DNA of 64,000 bases. It comes from Raillietiella orientalis (lineage: Eukaryota). Positions 10,872-22,800 of the stretch are shown piece after piece (position 1 is the first letter of the stretch; each line of letters opens with the position of its first letter). The DNA is taken from NCBI GenBank assembly GCA_036172245.1, contig JAYWIR010000045.1, forward strand, positions 1,240,001 through 1,304,000, written 5' to 3'. A program made the translations under genes and the position numbers. Under the pieces are notes generated by a model. That model saw only the letters and a program-made list of their open reading frames with translations, was not told the origin of the DNA and ran no database searches.

Positions 10872-13800
10872 TTGCGTCACGAATTAATCGCAATCGAGGA
10901 AAACTCCCTGAAAGATCGTATCAGACGCGGAGACACTTCGAAGGAACTGTAAGGTGACGGAAGCCATTCCTCTGGCTCCAGCCAGAACCAGGATTGATTA
11001 AGCAAAGCTTCAAGTGCAGCCGCTGCCAGGTCATTTTGATCCGCATATGTTCAGATGAACTGCAGTCCCGGGAAGGCACACGCGGCGAATCCCAGTGGAG
11101 GGAAAAAAGATCGCCGCTTCTCCTGCGAGTCCTCTCTCGGTACCTCTGGCCAGCTAGCCGTCCGAGAGAGGAACTAGGAGGAGGGGAGGAACGCAGGGCA
11201 GCGCTTGCGAACGCCTCTCTGGTCCGGAGTTGCCTCTACTCGGGGGTCTTGACGGAGTCTCTCCCGTCCGCTCCGCGACCCGTCTTGGAAAGGCGCCCCA
11301 CGATGATTGGACGGCAGCTGGACACCGCGTCCTTCCGCCTCCCTTCACTTTCGGGGACTCTCATGGGCTCCCTGCTTTCTCCTGGCAGCGGGTTGGGGCC
11401 CGGAGGGAACTGCGGGAATGCCTTGGGAGCTCCTCTGGGAACGAGTGCGTCCGGCAGAGGATTCTGATGGAGGCTCATCCCTATCTTTTCCGGGGATTCT
11501 GGAAGAAGGAGGGCAGATCCCGTCAATGGAAGAAGACGTGAAAGCGAGGACGCGGTATCTCCTCCTCCTGGTTCCTGAGCATCCTGGAACTCCGAACGCC
11601 TCTCTGGTCCCTGCCTCCCTTTTTCCTCTGGGCTGAGGATAGGAGGGAGGGAAGATGCAAGAGGACATCGGGTTTGTGAATGGGGAGGAGGTCTTGGGCA
11701 GAGAGGCAGGAGGTGCACCGAAAGGAGGAGGAGTCGCGTGGCGGGAACGCGAGAGAGGAGGAAAGGTGCTCTCCTCCGAGAGCCCACCTTCCTGCTTGGC
11801 TTTCCGAGGGGAAGGGCGGGAGGGGAAGGTACTGCGCCCGCTCCTGCCGAGAACTGAAAGATCCGTCCTTCTGGAAGAGAGCTCTCCCTTTTCCTTTTCG
11901 GAAGCTCCTCCGCGGGTGCTCTCCAGAATCGGGCTCGCGAGTGAAGAAGGGGGGAGATGGGGTGAGGATAAGACATCAACGAAAGGGGAAAAAAAAGACT
12001 GTTCTTTCTGGATCATCTCCCCCATCTCCCCGTCTTCTTTTTTTTTCTCTCTCCGGGGAGGGAGGAAGATCGGAAGGGACTGTGGCACGTCCTCTGAAAG
12101 GGAGAGCACTGTCGATAGGTCCGATCAGCTCGTGGGGTCAGGAGAAAAGCAGGCCTGTGCAGGAACGGGAGGAAGGAAGAGGCCACTTCCCAAAGCTCCC
12201 CCGTTTTTTCCCTTCGGTTTCCCTGTTCCGCGGCGCCAGGAAGACCCGGGAATTTCCCGTTTTCTTGGCAAGGGAAGCGTCCCGCGTCGTTCAGTAGGAA
12301 AAAAGGAGGAGGAACATACCCGAGGGTGCCACCCCTTCTGGATGCCCACTTTCCTCTTCCGCAGCGCGGAAGGTGGCAGTTCCTCTTCCAGGTTGGCGAG
12401 AGAGGGGGAAGGGGATAGCAGGAGGAAGGAGGTCGTGCGTTCCGAAGGAGGTGGTCGGTAGGACAGGGGAGGTCAGGAAACCCTCACGGCTGGCAGCTCC
12501 CTGCTAGAGTTTTTCTTCTCAGGGAAGGGGGAGTACTGGGAGGAGAGGGAGGATGGGGTCGGAGGCAGTGAGCTGTTCTTCCGGGACGCCGAGGAGAGCC
12601 GGGAGAGTGGGGAAGGAAGGAAGTTCCCTGCGGAGACCGTCGTCGATCGTGCGAGCCGCTCTGGCCGCCGTCGGGAGAGGGAAAAGGGGAGGAGGGAGGG
12701 AGATGCGCGCGCGCGCGCGAGGGAGGAAGTGGAACAAAGGAGGGGAGGAAGAACAATGCAGCGGGCTGTTCCGACGTGGTTGCCGCGAAGCCCGACGCCT
12801 GACCTTTTCGAGGAGACCGGCCAGAGGATTTCCAGTTCACGGCTCGGAGCGCAGAGCAACCGTCGGGAGGAACTGCGGCGCCCCCTAGGAGGCCCTGGCC
12901 GCGCTCGTGCGAGCCCGGCCGGGGCTCCAGGAGGGCGGGAATGAGAAGCACAGAGGAAAGGGAAGGGTGGAGGGGTGGAGGGCAGGTAGAAGAAAAAAAG
13001 GAAGAAAAAAGCGGAGGGGAAAGAGAAGAAAGAAAAAAAAGAAGAGACAAACAAACAGAGGAGGGGAGAGAAAGGATGGTTGCCACGACGACGGAGAGGC
13101 GAGGTGGAGGAAGCCAAAGAGGGAAGACGTTCCTGTGCGGACCCGTTGATTCGCTCCTTCGGGACGCGTTCCAGGGAAAGGGCAGATCTAATTGGTTGCC
13201 GTGCGCGCCGTGCAGCGGCGGCTGGAGCCCAGTCAGCCTCGGGAGGAGACCTCGCGCGCTCCTGGAGCGCACCTGAGAGCGCGACAGGAGTCCTCGCAGG
13301 ATCTGCATGGGAGGAAGAGAAGGGGAGGGATGGAGAAGGAAGACATCCGGTCCAGTCGCAGCTTTCGCACGCGACTTGACCGAAACTTTTCTTTTTTCTT
13401 CTTCTCTTCTCTCTTTATCTTACTACCCCCTCGGACGGAACGTGCGGAGAGCCAAGGGAGTGAGGCAGAAGGGGGCAACTGGAAGCAGAAAATAGGAAAG
13501 GAGAAGGAAATCGGGAGAGCCTCCTCTCCTCTTCTCCCTTCCTTTCCTCCGAATCGTTGAGAGTTCCCTACGGGAGCGGTAGGGCTTGCGTACCTCCCTC
13601 TCGGCGTAGCCGTCGGCGTGGCCTTCTCCCTCTCCCCTTTTTCTCCCGTCGGAAGGACAGGGCAGCCGCACCGCCTTCCTCGCAAGTTTTCTAGGGATGG
13701 AGTGAGGGGGGAGAGGGAAGCGCCCTCTATCCGCCGTCCGGCCATCTCACCAGGGATGTACCTGTTCCTTCCTCGCCCATCTCCGCACCGCTTCCTCCCT

Positions 13801-15966
13801 CGGGAACGCTAGGAGCCCCTCAGGAGGGAGGAGATGGGGAGTAGGAGACGTAAGGAAAGGACCCTTCCCTTCGCCCCACTTCGGGGAAATCTGGAGTCGG
13901 AGGAACGTGGCGAGTGTGAGCAGGAGATTCCTGATCCCTTCCTACAGAAGGAGGGGGACATTCAAAGGAGCAACCCCCGTCCCGGAAGGATCATCCCTTC
14001 CTTCCTGGAACTCCAGATTGAAGGGGAGGGGACGAAGAGAGGAGGAGAAAAGGCCATGCTTTTCCCCTCCTCCCACGGAAATCTTCCCTGAAGCGGGACG
14101 GAAGCGCTCGTTCCCGGGAGACCTACTTCCTCCTCCCCCGCTCCGCACTTTGCAGAGGAGGGGGGGGAAGGAAATTGCGATTTTCCATCGCGGGAGTCCT
14201 CGAGTGCGCATGTTCCCGGAGAGTTGGCGGAGGGTCTCCCCCAGTTCAGTCCGTGCCCCTCCGCGGAAGGAGAAGACACAGGCGGACCGGGGAGCTCCAT
14301 TCCCGGGAAGAGACCCCTAGGAGATTCTCTCCCTTCTGGGCCGTCCGTTCCTTCGGGAAGAAAAGCTCCGAAGGTGGGATTCGTGGCATCCCCGAGGGAG
14401 CTGTTCCCGGAAACTCAGACAGGCTGTTCGGGGGGTCTCAGCGTCGCCTCTGGCTCTGGGCTTCTTCTCTAGCGCCTGTGGAAGGGCTGAAGGGAGGGGA
14501 AGCCGGACTTCCGCGCGCCACCCCGTCCCGTGAGGTCCAACCTCCGGGAACGAGAGGGTCGTCCTCGCTTCCCTTCCTTTGGCTCTCTCTCCTTTTCCTG
14601 GTGGCCGTTTTTGGAAAGACGCCCCAAAAAAGCCCAAAAGGGCGGGGAGGAGGAGGCAGGGGATGCCGGCGCGCTCGGTGGCGGGCTTATCACGTTCGGA
14701 GGACGCTCTCGCTATTCCCATTGGTATCCAGGAGGGACGCGGTAGTCTTCGACGGAGCTCGGTCCGACCGGAACGCTCCTTTCGGGAGGGAAACTCAAGG
14801 AGGCGCAGGAATGACGCCAGGATGTTCAGGAACCCTCGGGCGTCCCTGGAGCCTTGCCCTCCCCTCTGGTTCGTCGTGCTGGAGGTGGCCACGCTCCACC
14901 ACCCGAGGGTCTCCCTCCGTGTGGCTGTTCCCCCCCAACCCCGCCCTCCACATCTCCCCCCTTCTCCAGCGCTGCTAGGGCGGAGGAAAAGAGGCGGCGG
15001 CTTGGCGGGGGTCCCTTCCTCCTCTCCCGGAGGGTGGTCCGAGTTTCTTTCCGCGAGAGCTGCTTCCTGGGGGCGCGGGGGTTCTCCGACTCCACCCAGG
15101 AAAGGAGAGTCGGGAGTGGGGATGCGCGCGCTGCCTGCTCGCCCCTCAGCCATCCCTCGAGCACAGCGTCCGCTGGAGCCTTTGCGCGTCCTGCTCTCGC
15201 GCAAGGCGAAGCGACATTCCCTGAGGAAGGCAACAACCCTCTTTGTGTCTCCCAGTGCCGCCCTCCCGGGGGAACATGGACTTCCGTGGCGTGCGCCAGG
15301 GAGCCCTTCGATCCTCTCTGGGGACTTGCACCTTCCCTCTTTGCGTCCGGTAGGAGGGGGAGCGGAGGGCGAGTCGGATGACCGTCCCCAATACCCCCCC
15401 CTTCACCCCTCGTTTCTGGGCAACACGGACGAGGGGGAGGAAGGATGGGGTCGTGAGAGAGGTCGTGTTTCTCTGTGCTCAGGAGGTGAGCGGCACTCTG
15501 GGGATAGGGGGGCAGTCTCCGTATAGGGGAAGGAGCTAAACCATCGGGGGTGTGCCCGATCTCGAATCCGTGGGAGAGGGAGGGACGAACTGCAAAGAAG
15601 GGAAGGAATGGAGGAATCAGGGGCAGCGCACTTCCTCCTTCCCCCTCCTACAAGGAAGCAGGTGGCGGGATGGCAACCCTGTGCGATTTCTCTCATCCCC
15701 CCGCCCCTCACCCCCCTTCCTGAAGCGGCAGCTTTGGAGAAACAAAAACAAAAGCGGTGACTGAAAGCAGAGAAAGAAAAAAAGGAAGAGGGGGTGGGGA
15801 GAGAGGAAGGGGAAGAGGAAGGAGGAGGAGGAGGAGGAGCATGGCTGCTTTTCTCCGGTCGCCAGCCGAGGGGCATGCGGCGCGCGTGATCCGCACAGGC
15901 AGCTTCCGGGGAGAGGAGAGGAGATGCCGTGGCTCTCGGGTAGCGCTGTCTGCGCGCGCATAGACG

Positions 15967-15996
<30 letters not shown>
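15967..15996. repeat. (GA)n microsatellite about 0.85 kb upstream of the eyg-A ATG; possible GAGA element
   Basis: Continuous GA run seen directly. Confidence 0.8.
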
Positions 15997-15997
<1 letters not shown>

Positions 15998-16519
15998 GAG
16001 AAGAAGAGGGAAAGGGTGGAGGAGGATTAAAAGGGGGAGGCGGTGGGCTGACGGCGGAAGTCCGCCGCCCCGGCTACGAACGCGCGCGCGCAAACAAGGC
16101 GACGCCTCGCTCTCGGTGTCTCCTCCCCTCTCCCTCTCTCTGCTTCCCCTCCCCCTCCAGGCGGGGAGCGTCCCATGCTGCAGCAGCAGCAGCCGTAGCC
16201 TCCCTCTCCCCCTCCTCCTTCCCGGGAGTCCCTCTGCGCACGAGAGGAATAGTCTCTCGCCCGCAGGGGAAGGGGGAGAGAGGAGGCAAGGGAAGGAAGG
16301 CAAGGGACGACGCTCTTCCGGGTGCGCTCCCCATCCCCCTTCGTCTCTCTCTCTCCCAAGAGAGAGACGGAGGAAAGGGAAGGGAGTAGGAGGATTCCTG
16401 CCCTTCCCTTGCTACGGGCGGAGCGGGTGGGGAGCTGAGAAAAAGGGTGGAAGGGGTGGGTGGGTAGTCCTTGCTCTCAAGGGGGCGCGAGGAGTCCGGG
16501 GGTGGAAGGGGTGGGGGCT

Positions 16520-16822
16520 CTAGCGGTGCCCCACCGGTGCGCGCCCGCGCTCGCGTGTGCGCGCGCCAGGCGGCCGCCCGCCGAACGCGCCGCAGCAACC
16601 GGCGCGCGGAGCCTCCCGGCGGCAGCCAATCGCGAGCGAGCGGGCGAGGCGATCGCGGCGCGCTTCTCCGCTCTCTCCGTTCGCCCTGCGCAGTGATCGC
16701 GCGCGCACGTCGGTCCGCAGGAGGGGAAGGAGCGCGGCGGCATCGTCAGCATCGCCAGCAGCAGCAGCGGCAGCAACAGCGGCACCACCAAAAACAGCAC
16801 CGTCGCCAGCACAGCAGCAGAG
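16520..16822 (+). promoter_or_regulatory. Putative CpG-rich promoter/5' UTR of eyg-A with CCAAT box and CAG-rich leader
   Basis: Dense CGCG runs, AGCCAAT at 16624-16630 and a CAG/CAC triplet-rich stretch at 16741-16820 directly before ATG 16823. Confidence 0.45.
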
Positions 16823-19800
16823 ATGTCGCAGGTGCCGGCGCCCTCGGACCCGTTCCATCCAAGGGTTTTCCTCAGCGGATCGGAAGGTGCGTTTGGGCAA
16901 AATTTCCCCTCCCTCCCCGTCTTCACACAGGCATCCTCCCGCTCCTCTTCCCCCTTTTTTTCTCTCTCTCCCACCCCCCTCTTCCGTACGGAGCGCGCAG
17001 CAGTGCCTGGACCTGCCATTGTCCACCCTCTCTCCTGAAAGTGGGGAGGCGCCTTCCCGGGATGAAAGGGGTATGAGGGCAGAGAAAAGAAAGGGGATCG
17101 CGAAAAAGGGGGAGGGGATAGAGAAAAAAAAGCTCTGTGGGGGGCCGCGAAAAACGGAAAGCCGGTGTGTCTCACGGAACTTCTCCGCTCTCCAGGAGCT
17201 CATGCCCCCCCACCTATTTTCGCGGCGGCCACCTCCCCCAGGCAAGCCGTGCTGGACCTCTACCGGTGCGGCGTCCTCCAACAGCCCTACGACCTCACCG
17301 TGCAGCAGATGCTGACTCAGAAGAACGCCGTCAAGTTCCTGGGTGAGTACCGTGGGCGGGGTCAACGGGGAGGGAGGAGGAGAAAATGGGGAAGGGTCGA
17401 TCCCCGCGCTCCGGGCCCTTCAGGCACCAAGAACGAATTTTCCCTCGGGAGGGTCTGTGCTGGACCGCGGCTTACGGGAAGGAATGAGGTCAGAAGGGAC
17501 AGGGCCGTTCCGGGAGCCGCCCTGCGGCAGCCCGAAAGGGGAGGCGCAGGGCAGGAGTGCGCGTACAACCTTCCTCCCCCCTCCTTCGTCTCCCAGCAGC
17601 TCCAGGAACAGCGAGCAGGCTGCGGTATCTCTCCTCGTTTCTCGTTCCCGTCTTCCCGGATTCCCCCAGCGCCCAGACGGGAATACGGCGCAGGTTCCCG
17701 ACGCGGCGCGCAGACCGGGTCTCCAGGAAAAACTATCGGAACCACTCCCGCGGGGGGTCTGGGAGCGAATTCCGGACGCCACACCCGGGTGCCGAAGGTG
17801 CGTTGTCGTCGGTCGCGAACTGTCTCCAGGGAAACTGGCAGCTTGCTTTCTCCCGGGGGAACGCCCGCGCTCCCGAGGTCTGCCTCGTCGCGAGCGCTCC
17901 AGGAAGGGGGAGAGGAATGCCACTCCGACTCCCTCTCCAGTTCGACGCCACCTCCGGGATCCGAAGAGGGGATCCCGTCGGAGTGGTTTCCCGTAGTGAC
18001 CGCTCTGTGGTCCGGGGATCGCACGCTGGTATCCGGAGGGAACACAAGACAGGACCTTGCTGCTGTGGATCCCCTCCTGGGGGTTTCCGGGAATGGTTTC
18101 CGCTGGAGAGGAGGGGTAGCGTCCTGCAGGTGGGATCCGCCGCTGCCGTCGCGGTCAGCTCTGCTTGAGCTCCACCGGTTTGGGGTGAAGCGGGGAAGAG
18201 GGGGAAAGGGGAGGAAGAGGGAGGGAGGTAAAAGCAGCCGCTCCGTTTCCTTCGCCCTCTTCCTCAACGACCCTATTCCAGTTAAGCACCGCCCGCCCTC
18301 TCGCCTTTGGTCTAGGGCGAACTGCGATCTCCCCCCCCATTCCCCCCCCCCTTCCTCTATGTAGTGCCCCCTTCTCCGTGGACACACTTTCCGACCGATG
18401 CGTCTGCTCCCTCTTTTCTCACCCGCAGGCCGTTCCTCAAGCATCCATCGCCCTCCGCCCTAAGGCACCCCGTCGCGCTTCCTGGTTCCGGGCTTCTCTC
18501 GAACTGTTTTACTCCTGGGAAGAAGGAATCCCCAAGGATTTTCCCTGGAAGAGTCCCTCGGAGGGCGCCTCTTTCGCTCGCCGCTCCCTGGGAAGGAGAA
18601 GGCGAATTTCGGTCCGTTTGGTGGCGCTCGGCCACCGGGCGACCTCCGCACCTAGGGAAGGCGCCGCCCAGGTGGGAGCGCGGTAGTTCCCCGGTCCTCT
18701 CCCCTCCTCCTCGACTCTCTTCCATGACTCCTCGTTCCCTTCCCGGATGCGGAAAGAAGCGTCTCCGGCGAAGATCCTGACAGCCAGGGTGGCGTCTTCC
18801 GCTCTGCGGCCTACCCTGCCGAGTCTGCTGCGGTGCCAGCGCGACCACGGGGGTTCGGGCTGGGCGATGACTCGCATAGGTCCCCAGGAGGTCCCCACGT
18901 GTCAGCTCTCTACAGGCTTTTCGCGAGAGAAACGCGGAGACTCGTGTGGGGGAAGCGAGGAAGGGGGGCGCAGTGATGGAGGCGAAAGGGGCCCTCAGCA
19001 AAAGGCAGCAGCACATCCTCCTTTCATCTCCGCCACAGTGCAAAGCCCGGAAATGAGAGAAGAGTGTCTTCCGCTCCGAGTTCTTCTGGAGGGATGGTCT
19101 TGCTGTGTTTGCGCATGTGAGGGGGGGGGGGTAGGGGATTGCTAGTACCATTGTGGGCAGCTCCTGCATCCATGGGTGGAGGGCGACTTGACCCCTTCTC
19201 CCGGCTTTCTCGAGGGAGGATCGGCAAACAGCGGGGATCTGCGTAGAGAGAAAGAAAGGGAGTGAGGGGTTCCTCTCCTTTCCTTTTGTTGCTCTTCTGG
19301 AAGTCCTCGAGCACCCACCCGTTTGAGAGAGAGAACTTCCCCGAGCTCTCCTTGCTGAGAGAGGAGGAGGAAACAGGGAGTCGCCGATACCTCGTCGAAC
19401 GAATGGAGACGTAGGGTGCGAATTCCTTTCTAGATAGGGCCTTCCTCTCGCTCCACGAAAGTACCTGCCTCCACCTCCCGATTCACACACAGCTGAACCT
19501 TTACGTTCGCCTGCTTCGCGGGTTCCCGAGGGATAGGGTAGGGCTTCTCGCTGCGCTTAGTCGCGGAGGCGCATCCGGGAAAAGGGGAGAGGGGGAGCGC
19601 TCCGGCTTCCCGTTCGGATCCGTCGGAGCTTAGAAGAGTCCCCCCTGGATTAAGGAAGCGGGAAGAGAACGCTTTCCTGAAGCTCCAGGATCTCTTTAGG
19701 AGCTTGCCAGGCGGAGAGGAATGCCGGGACTGAGGGGCAAGCTTTTGGAGGCCGAGGCTCTCGGTGGTCGGCGGATGGCGCACCGCCGGTCCTAATTGCG

Positions 19801-22800
19801 AGGTGGAGGGTGGTGGAAGCTGGGGCCAAGGGTCTGCGCGGACTCTGCCGGCGAGCAGAAGAGTCGTCTGCTCCAGTGCAGTCCTTCTTCTATCCTGCCA
19901 GACGGGAACGGAGAAGGGAGGGGGGCGCCGCTACTTCTGCGGGAGACACAGGAACCAGGGAGAGTTGCGGCGGGATTGAGGAAGCGTCCTCTTCTCCTGA
20001 GATCTTTTCCTGGGTAGGATATGTTAGCAGCATCTTTCGTCTCTCGGCTCTCCTCGGAGAGTCTTCCTGCGTGTCCCGGAAACCACCGCGCGCTCTTTCC
20101 GCGCCGGCGATGGAAAAGGGCAGTCGTCCCGAAGTGCATGCATTCGCGCAGAGTTGCCCAAGGGCTCACTGAGTCCATTGGACCTTCCCCCTCCCTCTGC
20201 GCTCCTAGGCTCCGACATCTCAGGTTCCTGGAAGGTCCTCAAGCCCGTCGCGAGGCCTCCCTGTGCGAAGGGCGAGAAGAAACCCTTTTTTTCCCTCCCC
20301 ACCTCCACCTGGTGCCGCTCCTCCCTTCCTCTCTAAAAATACGCCGAGAGGCCCAGCATCAGTGGCGGGAGAAGTGATGTGGGAGGGAGGCTGGAAGAGT
20401 GGTGATCCCGCTGGACGTCATCGTCTCCCGATAGGTAGGCGTCCGAGGGGGATCATCGTCCTCTTGGATCAGCAGCGGTGACTGTATGCGTCGCCGAAGG
20501 GAGGCTCAGCAGAACCGGCAGCAAGGACGAGGGACGGGAAGAGGGGATTTCGAGAGAGGCAGTCGCCTCCCACCTCGGCTGGTAGCGTCGCGTGGGGCTG
20601 GAAAGTGCGGAAGTCAGCTGTCCCGCCATCAGTGTGCCAGCCGGCAGGATGCTCCCTCACCCTCCCGGAAAGGGGAACTCTCGAGGGAGCCCCTCCCCCC
20701 TCCCGAAGGAGGGTCGTTCCTCCTCTCGTGACGGAGTTTGGCTCCCTGCATTGTTACGGGACACCCGCTTTCCGGGGCTCTCCCTTCCGGCCCCGAGCCT
20801 TCCTCGATGATACGGCGACTGTCGATCTTGACCGCGGCCTCCTTCCCTCCGTCATTGTTGTCCGCGGCGCTCCCGTAATTGACGTTGCCTTGACGCGAGG
20901 GGAGGTGGGTGGGTCGCACGGGAGAGCCCGGATTGCCCTTCTCTCTCGGAATCTCGCCGGCGGAAGAGAAGACGGGGGCGACTGACAGGAAAATGAGATC
21001 AGCTGAGTCAGGCGGGACGGGAAGACACAAGAGGGAGGGAGGGAGGGAGAGGAACGGCGGCAGCTGCGCTGCTCGGCAGACAATTCGAGTCTCGAGAGCC
21101 GAGGACTCCCGTGCGCCGCATTCTTGCCGGACCTCTCCTCACCCCCTCCTTCCGCCCCGACCGCCGCCGCACGCTCGCTCCCGGAGATAACGCCATTTCG
21201 AGCGCCGGATTCCCCCCTGAACGGGGGTTCACGCCGCCGCCGCCCACGGGCACCCGCGCTCTTCGCTGAGAAGGCGCGCTGGGATGAGACTCATCGAGCC
21301 AGCGTCTCCAGTTGCCAGTGACCTTAGACCAGCGCCTCCGGGGTTCCCTTCGCTCTTGATCAGAGGAAATGTCCTTCCTTGAAGGGCCTCCCGGGAGAAG
21401 ATCTCAGGGATCACTCGGATAAGGTTTTCTGTTTTTTCTTTTCACTTTTTTTTGTTCTCTTCCTTTTGTGCCTGTAACTCGAATCTGCTTGAGGTGACTA
21501 GGAATGCCCGACTTTAGCGGGAATCCAGCAGGAAGAAGGCGGGAGGAATCTCCATTGGCCTTACCTCCATCTTTTCCCGTTTCCAGGAAGGACGCGTTGA
21601 GCGGCGACGCGTTTGGCGGAGCAGCGCGCAGCGCTTTTACAGGCACACACGAGTGAGACCACCGCCGCCTTCTCCAGGAAGGAGGCATGAGTGCGCTCTG
21701 AGGGGTGGATTTGGGACTTCCTGCAGGAGCTACGAGGGTTTTCGGCTCTCTCTTCCGGAGCAAGGCCAGAGGGGCGACTCTTCGTCGCACCCGGGAGGGG
21801 AACGGAACTCGGGATCAAGAACGCTTGGGAGATGGGATGGCCGACCGGCGTCTGTCGTGATGTCCCCGAACAGGCCGACCCGTGACGGAGAGAGGCATCT
21901 TCCCACCCTGCTTCACCCCCTGGCTCCCCTCCTTCTCTTCATCCGTCCCGTCGCGTTGGGGTCACATGGATTAAGAGTGCCAATCTTCCTCGCCAAGGCA
22001 AGGAGGAGGGGCAGGGGGGGAAGGGTGGAAGACGAGGCTGGTCCTGTTCCGGCTGAAGTGTGGCCAACGATCTCCAAGTCCAGGCTCCGTCGCTATGGGT
22101 TGCCGGCGAAGTCCGAGGCTCTTTGGAGGCAAAGTCGCGCGATCCTGGAAGTTGACCGGGACCATGTCCCGGTTTTGCCGTCGAAGGATTGGAGGTCTCG
22201 AAAGAAGACCCTTTTTCCGGGTGGCAGGGACTCCCTACTGTCCTCCACCACCCCTCCCTTCGCGGGTAGGGATTCCTGCTCCCCTTTCTCCCTCGATGTC
22301 TTGAAGAGTTCTCCGGATCACGCAGTTCCGGGAGGGAGGGGTCTCGATCTCATCTCTGCCCGCCGGGGCAAGGGTGACCAGGACGCACGCTGCTCCTCGC
22401 CTCCGCCGAACGGAAGAGCCTGCCCTCTGCTTCCATGAGGCGTGTGCAAAGTCGATGGGCCGCCGAGGATGCGGCTGGAATTCCCCCGGGGGGGAATGGA
22501 AGGGGCAGCCGTCCTCGGATGGCTCCGGTCACGACCAGCAGGCCGAATGGGTCTGGCCGACCTAAACGCGGAAGGGAGCGGACGGCGGACTCCGCTCGAT
22601 CTCCTGCAGTGTGGAACTGTCGGAAACGATCCAAGGGACACTCTCAGTGGCTTCCGGTGCACCCGGCGCCCTCCTTGCCCCCTGCGGGGACGGGGGAGGG
22701 GGGGGAGGCGCGTGTTTGTCGTGCAGTCGGCGAGCTTCTTCCCTCGACGGGGCCTCTTGCCCGGAGCAGCTCCCTGGTTTTCTTCGAGGCAGAGCTGGAA

